64,000 bases of DNA from Candidatus Kaiserbacteria bacterium (GTDB lineage Bacteria; Patescibacteriota; Minisyncoccia; Phycocordibacterales; UBA2100), in assembly GCA_017134395.1 (NCBI GenBank), contig CP070993.1, forward strand, positions 189,656 through 253,655, written 5' to 3'. Below, piece by piece: positions 57,846 through 64,000 of the stretch. Positions within the stretch are counted from its first letter, which is position 1, and each line of letters opens with the position of its first letter. The translations under genes and the position numbers were made by a program. The notes beneath the pieces were generated by a model. That model had not been told where the DNA came from and ran no database searches. It worked only from the letters and a program-made list of their open reading frames with translations.

Positions 57846-58760
57846 ATGGATACGGGCAGTGAAAAAATTATTGTTATTGTTGGTACCAACGCGTCTGGAA
57901 AGAGCTCGTTAGCAGTTCGGCTCGCCAAAAAGTATGGTGGTGAAATAATTTCAGCTGATTCACGCCAAGTCTACAAAGGTCTGGACATAGCGACGGGAAA
58001 AGTCACCAAAGAAGAAATGGGTGGTATTCCCCATCATCTTATTGATGTTGCTGACCCAAGAGAGGTTTATAGTGCAGCAGACTTCGCTACACAAGGACGA
58101 AACGCTTTGTCTGACATACTTTCTCGTAAGAAACTTCCAATAATTGCTGGTGGTACAGGTTTTTATATAGACGCACTTTTAAATCCGTCCTTGCTTGCGT
58201 CAACTCCGCCAAACGATGAACTACGCAAGGGGTTTGAACTACTACCGGCTGATGTTCTTTTTGCTCAACTCAAAAATATCGACCCACGACGAGCTGCGGT
58301 ACTAGAAGAAAAAGGTGAGCAAAATCTTGTACGACGCATTATACGCTCACTTGAGATTGCACTTGCACCAAAGCGAAAGGATATCGAAGCAAAAAATAAA
58401 GTCCTTGAGCTTGATGTACTCTGGATTGGAGTACGATGGGATAAAGAAAAACTTAAAGAGCGGATACACGAACGCACGCTTATTCGATTAGAAAATGGCA
58501 TGATTGAAGAAGCTCAAGAACTACATAAAAATGGCTTGTCATGGAAGCGCATGGAAGAGCTCGGTCTTGAGTACAAACATCTTGCTGACTATTTGCGCGA
58601 GAAGATTACAAAAGACCAACTCATTGAATATATAGACCGAGATGATGCACGGTATGCAAAACGGCAGCGAACGTGGTTTAAGCGAAATGAAAAAATTAAT
58701 TGGTTTGAAGGAGGTAAATTAGACGGAGTTGAAGATTTGGTTGAGAAGTTCTTGCAGTAA
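57846..58760 (+). CDS. miaA: tRNA dimethylallyltransferase
   Basis: G..ASGKS, EIISADSRQVY.GLDI.TGK, HHLID, GGTG.YI, YAKRQ.TWF. Confidence 0.97.
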   Translation: MDTGSEKIIVIVGTNASGKSSLAVRLAKKYGGEIISADSRQVYKGLDIATGKVTKEEMGGIPHHLIDVADPREVYSAADFATQGRNALSDILSRKKLPIIAGGTGFYIDALLNPSLLASTPPNDELRKGFELLPADVLFAQLKNIDPRRAAVLEEKGEQNLVRRIIRSLEIALAPKRKDIEAKNKVLELDVLWIGVRWDKEKLKERIHERTLIRLENGMIEEAQELHKNGLSWKRMEELGLEYKHLADYLREKITKDQLIEYIDRDDARYAKRQRTWFKRNEKINWFEGGKLDGVEDLVEKFLQ

Positions 58761-58853
58761 TTAATTACGTAATTAAATAGGTAATTAAATAGGTAATTAG
58801 TTACGTAATTATCACGGTGTTAATTCTGTGATAATTCAGTTTTAATTCAGTAG
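58757..58853. repeat. AT-rich tandem repeat array
   Basis: Five 12-bp units GTAATTA(ATTAC/AATAG/AATAG/GTTAC/TCACG) at 58757-58816, then three 11-bp TAATTC units. Confidence 0.8.
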
Positions 58854-58963
58854 CAGCAATGAGAACGACCAGATTTTTAAGAAGTGCAGCGACTATAAAA
58901 ATCGAAGTGCTCCTGTAGTGAATCGACGTCAGCTCACTAAGTATAATTTTGACTGCATGGAAA

Positions 58964-59111
58964 CGATGAGAGAATCGGTCACCTCTGCTAAATAGCCTGT
59001 TCGCACTACGTGCTCCATTCTATTAAGCGACGCGACCCCGCCGTCGCCGACAAGCCTGATTCCACTTCGCTTCATCATCTTGTGTACCGGCGACTCTTTT
59101 CGATTCTCTCA
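58964..59111 (-). other. Structured tRNA-associated element downstream of tRNA-Trp
   Basis: Inverted copy of the tRNA T-arm at 59099-59111, direct 14-bp copy at 58964-58977, two imperfect hairpins between. Confidence 0.7.
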
Positions 59112-59118
59112 CGACCGG

Positions 59119-59162
59119 TAAAACAATAGCGTGGATACTACCGTATCCACGCTATTGTTTTA
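59119..59162 (-). terminator. Terminator of tRNA-Trp
   Basis: 20-bp perfect stem TAAAACAATAGCGTGGATAC / GTATCCACGCTATTGTTTTA. Confidence 0.85.
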
Positions 59163-59165
59163 TTG

Positions 59166-59236
59166 CGGGCGATGAGAGAATCGAACTCCCGACATCGGTT
59201 TTGGAGACCGAAGTTATACCACTTAACTAATCGCCC
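59166..59236 (-). tRNA. tRNA-Trp(CCA), CCA end not encoded
   Basis: GGGCGAT acceptor, D arm, anticodon arm TCGGT-CTCCAAA-ACCGA, T arm GGGAG-TTCGATT-CTCTC. Confidence 0.95.
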
Positions 59237-59378
59237 AGTGCACACGAGTATATCACGATTTTTAATAGAATTGAGTGTAGTTCGCGGAAGAGATAAGCAG
59301 CAAATAAGCCGTACAAAACGTACGGCGAATGCGGCTGCGCAATTTCTAACAAAGAAATACGCCAATTCTATTAAAAAT

Positions 59379-59540
59379 CTATTTCTTCAGTTCCTTGTGT
59401 GCCTTCTTCCCCTTACACCACTTACAATACTTGTTTAATTCAAGCTTTTCGAGGTTTTCACCCTTAATCCGTCGTGACGTCCAGTAGTTAATACGTTTAC
59501 ATCCAGAACACGCTAGTTTTTTCAATTTATCTTGGCTCAT
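59379..59540 (-). CDS. rpmG: 50S ribosomal protein L33 (not in ORF track)
   Basis: Translated by hand: MSQDKLKKLACSGCKRINYWTSRRIKGENLEKLELNKYCKWCKGKKAHKELKK. Confidence 0.95.
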   Translation of the reverse strand: MSQDKLKKLACSGCKRINYWTSRRIKGENLEKLELNKYCKWCKGKKAHKELKK

Positions 59541-59580
59541 GTAGCGGTTACAGTAAACAATTGGTGGCTATATGTCAACT

Positions 59581-59973
59581 TTAACCTGGCAAAAATGGTT
59601 CAGACAAATCTTGTTTGGTACGCTCCTCTAGCCCCCTGCCAGTTAAGGTGACCAAGATCGTGTTCACCACAAGCCACGCAACGAGAACGATGATGAGCCC
59701 GATGACTACTGCACCAAAAATCTTCTTTCCTTTTTCAACATTACTCGCATTCCCAGTGTCAGAAAAGAAAAGCCATCCAGCGTATGCAAACATAACCGCA
59801 GATGAAATGACCGCAATGCTTACAATTAGATTGAGTATATTTTGACCAAGTGTGACAAGAGAGCCCCAATCACAATCTGGTCCATTACACGGAACTATAC
59901 CTTGAGCAAAAACTCCTAACGGTACAATTAGCAATGCTGTTGCTAAAAGTATATATGTTAAATGTCTTTTCAT
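59581..59973 (-). CDS. CPR-type pilin (TrbC/VirB2-like)
   Basis: Signal peptide ending VFAQ, GIVPC...C, two TMs, YAG..F....GN.....GK.I....IG.II...AW. Confidence 0.8.
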   Translation of the reverse strand: MKRHLTYILLATALLIVPLGVFAQGIVPCNGPDCDWGSLVTLGQNILNLIVSIAVISSAVMFAYAGWLFFSDTGNASNVEKGKKIFGAVVIGLIIVLVAWLVVNTILVTLTGRGLEERTKQDLSEPFLPG

Positions 59974-60071
59974 AGCTTAATCCTAACATCGAACATCAAC
60001 ATCCTCTAGAAAAAGATGTGTAAACAGATATGATTGAATATTGGTGTTTTTTTGATACACTCACACGACCT

Positions 60072-60154
60072 GCGTCGGTGGCAGAGTGGTCAAATGCACG
60101 AGGCTGTAAACCTCGCGACTTCGGTCTACGCAGGTTCAAATCCTGCCCGGCGCA
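60072..60154 (+). tRNA. tRNA-Tyr(GTA), CCA end not encoded
   Basis: GCGTCGG/CCGGCGC acceptor, anticodon arm CGAGG-CTGTAAA-CCTCG, long variable arm, GCAGG-TTCAAAT-CCTGC. Confidence 0.96.
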
Positions 60155-60162
60155 CATATGTG

Positions 60163-60201
60163 AAGAAAAGATGCTATTCGACTAGAATAGCGTTTTTTCT
60201 T
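60163..60201 (+). terminator. Terminator of tRNA-Tyr
   Basis: AAGAAAAGATGCTATTC / GAATAGCGTTTTTTCTT stem with GU pairs. Confidence 0.75.
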
Positions 60202-60218
60202 TGCATCGTTGAGTTGTT

Positions 60219-60346
60219 CATGATTTGAAAGACGGAAACGCGCCTGCGGGGCAGGATTAAGCGTTGAGTCCGGCCTGGAGCACTTAGTATAATCAAGCCT
60301 GCACAAGGCGTAGATTGTACTTAGTGACTGGTGGTCAAATCCTGCC
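60219..60346 (+). other. Structured tRNA-associated element downstream of tRNA-Tyr
   Basis: Inverted T-arm copy CATGATTTGAA 60219-60229, direct copy TCAAATCCTGCC 60335-60346, two imperfect hairpins between. Confidence 0.65.
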
Positions 60347-60369
60347 ATCATTCACTCTTTTCAAAACTA

Positions 60370-60398
60370 TTGACACTCTAGTCTATTAGTCCTATAAT
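60370..60398 (+). promoter_or_regulatory. Consensus sigma70 promoter
   Basis: TTGACA(60370)-17 nt-TATAAT(60393). Confidence 0.85.
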
Positions 60399-60434
60399 AA
60401 AAGTTGGACAACCTTCAACTGAGGAGTAACGAAT

Positions 60435-60734
60435 ATGGATTCGTATACATGGTATTGCATTAAGAGATTTCTTATTGCTGTTTTCAAAGTGCCGGTAACC
60501 GTTCCACTCACAATACTTCTGTTTGCTCTTGCGCCGTTCTCCGTTTCTGATTCCCCTACGGCATTGGAAATTCGAACTCTGTTTGCGTCACAAACAGAGT
60601 TCGTACGAATTGTGAGCGTGATTATTTATATCGTGCTTGTTGACTTTATGTATGGTGCTAGCACAAAGCACCTGTCAAAAGTCTTGGAGACTTGGAAAAA
60701 TCTAACTCTCCAAATACGATACGGAGACACCTAA
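60435..60734 (+). CDS. Small two-TM hypothetical protein
   Basis: 99 aa, SD GAGGAG 60421-60426, own consensus promoter and downstream hairpin. Confidence 0.7.
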   Translation: MDSYTWYCIKRFLIAVFKVPVTVPLTILLFALAPFSVSDSPTALEIRTLFASQTEFVRIVSVIIYIVLVDFMYGASTKHLSKVLETWKNLTLQIRYGDT

Positions 60735-60749
60735 GCAAACGTGCGTCCA

Positions 60750-60781
60750 AACCCCCGAGCCACCCAGGTTGCTCGGGGGTT
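60750..60781. terminator. Terminator between the small gene and clpB
   Basis: AACCCCCGAGC-10 nt-GCTCGGGGGTT. Confidence 0.75.
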
Positions 60782-60804
60782 AATATTTTATAGATTTCTA
60801 CCTA

Positions 60805-63495
60805 CTAAACCCCAACCACCTTCCTAGCCCGCTTTACACCTACTCTTTTGCGAGCTTTGGCTTTCTTTTTTGAATCGAAAACAAATTTGTCGTCCTTAAC
60901 GTCCACCTTCACTACACCTCCCCCCATCATTCCTTCAGATACCATCATAGTCGCGATTGGCGTCAGAACCTTGCTCTGTATCAACCGCTTCAATGGACGT
61001 GCGCCGTAGCGCGGATTATATCCTTCCTTTGCAAGATATGTGAGCGCTGCAGTCGAAAATTCGAGTTTTATATTCTTTTCCGCAAGACGCTTCTGTACAA
61101 TAGCAACCTGCATTTCAACAATATTCTTTATCGCTTCGACTGACAAAATATCGAAGAGTATAATCTCGTCAAGCCGGTTTAAGAATTCCGGTCGGAAGAA
61201 GTCGCGCAAGGTTTTCATTACCTTATCCTTACTGTGAACATACTGAGCACTTTCACCTTGATCATCAGTAAACCCAAGTCGGCTCATTTTATCAATGTGC
61301 TCAGCACCAAGGTTACTTGTCATAATGATGATCGTGTTCTTGAAGTTTACCGTACGCCCTTTTGCGTCGGTAAGATGTCCGTTATCAAGCACTTGCAGGA
61401 GAATGTTAAATACTTCAGGGTGTGCCTTTTCTATTTCGTCAAACAGCAAAACTGAGTATGGACGGTGTCGCACCTGTTCAGTCAGTGAGCCTCCCTCATC
61501 GTGTCCAACGTACCCAGGAGGTGAACCAATCATCTTAGAAACAGAGTGTTTCTCCATGAACTCCGACATATCTACTCTAATGAGTGCTTTATCGTCATTA
61601 AACATAAATTCAGCGAGTGCTTTTGTGAGCTCGGTCTTTCCAACTCCTGTTGGCCCCAAAAATAGGAATGATCCTATAGGGCGGTTCGGATCAGAAATAC
61701 CTACTCGAGAGCGTTTTACTGCGTCAGCAACCTTCTGTAGTGCGTCTTCTTGTCCCACAATCCTGCCTCGAAGTGTTTCTTCCATACGAGATAGTTTATC
61801 CAACTCCCCTTCAAGCATTCTCTGCACTGGCACTCCTGTCCAGCGCGAAACGACATCAGCAATATCTTCTGCTCCAATTTCTTCACGAAGTACGCGGCGA
61901 GAACTTTGTAACTTCTTAAGCCGAGTCATCTTTGTTTGCAAATTCTTTTCCAGTTCAGGAATTCGACCGTAGCGAATTTCAGCGGCAGCTGCTAAATCAG
62001 CAGTTGCCTCAGCTGATTCTGCAATCAGGCGTACTTCTTCAAGTTCTTGCTTGATGCTTTTTATTTCAGAAAGCGTTTCTTTTTCATTCTTCCATTTTAC
62101 TTCTAGTTCACGAGATCCTTCCTTTAATTCTGCAATCTCCTTTTCGACTGTTTTTACCCGAGCTTTTGCCTCTTTCTCTCCTTCTTTAACATCTTTCTTC
62201 AGTGCCTCTCGTTCAATTTCGAGACGCATTATCTTTCGATGTGCTTCTTCAAGTTTCGGAGGTTTATTCTCTAGTGAAATACGTAGTGCTGAAGCAGCTT
62301 CATCAATAAGGTCTACTGCCTTATCAGGTAAGTATCTCTCTGTAATGTACCTACTACTTAACTCCACCGAAGAAACTATGGCTTCATCGGTAATGCGCAC
62401 ACCATGAAATAGCTCATACTTTTCTTTAAGGCCACGCATAATAGCTATCGCATCTTCAAGTGATGGCTCATTTACATGTACTGGCTGGAAGCGCCTTGTA
62501 AGCGCTGGGTCTCGCTCTATGTGTTTCTGATATTCGTTAAGTGTTGTAGCGCCAATAACACGAAGCTCACCTCGTGCAAGTGCAGGCTTAAGCATGTTTG
62601 AAGCATCCATCGAACCTTCAGCGGCTCCAGCACCAACAATAGTGTGAATTTCATCAATAAAGAGAATGATGTTTCCTTCTGCACGCTCTACTTCTTTCAT
62701 GATTGCTTTCAAGCGTTCTTCAAATTCCCCACGAAACTTTGTACCGGCAATAAGGAGTCCTAAATCAAGCGATACGAGATCTTTCTCTTTCAAAGACTCT
62801 GGGACATCGCCAGTTGCCATGCGTTGCGCAAGCCCTTCTGCAATAGCAGTTTTTCCTACACCTGCTTCCCCGATTAGTATTGGGTTGTTTTTTGTGCGTC
62901 GTGACAGTATTTGGATAACACGAGTTATTTCAGTATCTCGCCCAATAACAGGATCAAGTTTATTTTCTCGTGCTAACTCTGTAAGGCTTCGCGTAAATTT
63001 AGCAATCGCACGATTCTGTTTTGGTGCCTCAATATCAGTTATTTTTCCATCTTTAATATCTTCGTAAATCCCAGTTACTTCTTCGCGACTGATTTGGAAT
63101 CGTGCGAGTACCTCAGCTGCGTTTCCTGGATTCTCTAATATAGCCAACAGCAAGTGCTCTGTTGAAACAAATTGATCTCCAAATGTACTCGCAATCCTCG
63201 GCGCGCCATCTTGCAACACCTGTGCTAACTCTGGAGTAAGATATAACTGAAATGAAGACGACATAGTAGTAGCTCCAGTACTTCCACCGTCTAATGAATC
63301 GATAAGTGAATCGGCAAAATGAATAGTATCTATCTCTAGTCGTTCAAGTATAGAGAGTGTCATGCTTTCATCTTGCAACAACAAAGATGCAAGTAAATGC
63401 AAAGGGCTCACGTGTGACTGTCCACGTTCGATAGCAAGCTGATGCGCTCTGTGCACCGCTTCTTTTGCTTTGGTTGTGAAATTCTGAAATGGCAT
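60805..63495 (-). CDS. clpB: ATP-dependent chaperone ClpB
   Basis: Clp N domain, [14 protein letters not shown], long M-domain coiled coil, [25 protein letters not shown]. Confidence 0.95.
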   Translation of the reverse strand: MPFQNFTTKAKEAVHRAHQLAIERGQSHVSPLHLLASLLLQDESMTLSILERLEIDTIHFADSLIDSLDGGSTGATTMSSSFQLYLTPELAQVLQDGAPRIASTFGDQFVSTEHLLLAILENPGNAAEVLARFQISREEVTGIYEDIKDGKITDIEAPKQNRAIAKFTRSLTELARENKLDPVIGRDTEITRVIQILSRRTKNNPILIGEAGVGKTAIAEGLAQRMATGDVPESLKEKDLVSLDLGLLIAGTKFRGEFEERLKAIMKEVERAEGNIILFIDEIHTIVGAGAAEGSMDASNMLKPALARGELRVIGATTLNEYQKHIERDPALTRRFQPVHVNEPSLEDAIAIMRGLKEKYELFHGVRITDEAIVSSVELSSRYITERYLPDKAVDLIDEAASALRISLENKPPKLEEAHRKIMRLEIEREALKKDVKEGEKEAKARVKTVEKEIAELKEGSRELEVKWKNEKETLSEIKSIKQELEEVRLIAESAEATADLAAAAEIRYGRIPELEKNLQTKMTRLKKLQSSRRVLREEIGAEDIADVVSRWTGVPVQRMLEGELDKLSRMEETLRGRIVGQEDALQKVADAVKRSRVGISDPNRPIGSFLFLGPTGVGKTELTKALAEFMFNDDKALIRVDMSEFMEKHSVSKMIGSPPGYVGHDEGGSLTEQVRHRPYSVLLFDEIEKAHPEVFNILLQVLDNGHLTDAKGRTVNFKNTIIIMTSNLGAEHIDKMSRLGFTDDQGESAQYVHSKDKVMKTLRDFFRPEFLNRLDEIILFDILSVEAIKNIVEMQVAIVQKRLAEKNIKLEFSTAALTYLAKEGYNPRYGARPLKRLIQSKVLTPIATMMVSEGMMGGGVVKVDVKDDKFVFDSKKKAKARKRVGVKRARKVVGV

Positions 63496-63532
63496 AGTGC
63501 TATTTTATAGAGACGAGTAAACGTGTAAAGTC

Positions 63533-64000
63533 TTACTGGGCAACCTCTTCTTCTGGAGTATCTTCTACAACTTCTTCAGTTTCTGTGGTGGGTGTTGCAG
63601 CTTGGGCAAACGCTGCTCGAATCGGTGCAAATGTACTAATACCAACTTCTCGAGAAGCACCGGTGCTAATACCAACAACTTCCCCATCAACATTTATAAG
63701 TGGTGCTCCTGGCGCAATTTTTGTCCCACTGATACTTGTTCCAATATATCCACCTTCTCCAAGTTCTGTTGCAATACCCTGGGTTATGCTTCCATTACCT
63801 ACAAATGCCACAAGAGTCTGTCCAAGCGAAAGCGCAGCTTCAGAAGACGATACTGCAGCAATTCCAATACGTTCGGCTTCTACTTGAAGTAAGGCAACGC
63901 CACGCGCACCACCTTCGTACTGTAGTGTTGTTGAGGCAAGTTCCTCATCTCCTAAATCTACCGAGTATGTTCCTCCTTCTTTAAGAACCGATGCGTCGAC
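63533..64000 (-). CDS. Trypsin-like serine-protease-fold protein, 5'-truncated by the window edge, degenerate active site
   Basis: Frame open to the window end; L.LGQ.LVA, G.PL.N.DGEVVGI, with APGAPL in place of NSGGPL. Confidence 0.6.
   Translation of the reverse strand, partial: VDASVLKEGGTYSVDLGDEELASTTLQYEGGARGVALLQVEAERIGIAAVSSSEAALSLGQTLVAFVGNGSITQGIATELGEGGYIGTSISGTKIAPGAPLINVDGEVVGISTGASREVGISTFAPIRAAFAQAATPTTETEEVVEDTPEEEVAQ

Noticed and set aside
58757-58853. CRISPR array
   Set aside because: Units are 11-12 bp and contiguous, with no unique spacers
59138-59438. ORFs overlapping tRNA-Trp
   Set aside because: The region is explained by tRNA-Trp and the 3' end of rpmG on the minus strand
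59936-59963. dif-like ATATGTTAAAT
   Set aside because: Lies inside the pilin coding sequence, spacing is off and the XerC arm is poor
1-64000. Alternative genetic code 25 (TGA = Gly) as in Gracilibacteria/Absconditabacteria
   Set aside because: Conserved genes are intact under code 11 and TGA acts as a stop (e.g. 30324-30326)

Overview
A 64-kb chromosomal segment of a small-genome bacterium, most likely Patescibacteria (CPR, Parcubacteria-like). This is inferred from gene content: CPR-type pilin, FtsA-like/baseplate-J-like pair, short ND-AspRS, truncated AlaRS and no biosynthetic genes. TGA is used as a stop (code 11). Most of the window is housekeeping: infA-rpmJ-rpsM-rpsK-rpsD-rpoA-rplQ-rplM-rpsI, grpE-(RHH gene)-dnaK-dnaJ, five tRNA synthetases, mraY-ftsW-murG, scpAB, dnaB-recR, clpB, tRNA-Trp and tRNA-Tyr. 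Notable features: (1) both tRNA genes are followed by the same undescribed-looking architecture of terminator, inverted copy of the tRNA's own T-arm, two long hairpins and a direct copy of the T-arm; (2) an accessory island at about 36.3-42.0 kb carries a wHTH/HEPN gene pair, a DUF3800 gene with a convergent small RNA, further promoter-to-terminator sRNA units, a 27-aa type-I-toxin-like peptide and exact 19-bp direct repeats; (3) an acyl-ACP-reductase-like enzyme is co-transcribed with a 7TM histidine kinase next to a PlsC-like acyltransferase, a candidate lipid-signal synthase/receptor pair; (4) a ribbon-helix-helix gene with a palindromic operator-like site sits between grpE and dnaK; (5) apparent leaderless transcription is pervasive. 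All calls are by eye from motifs; no database searches were run.
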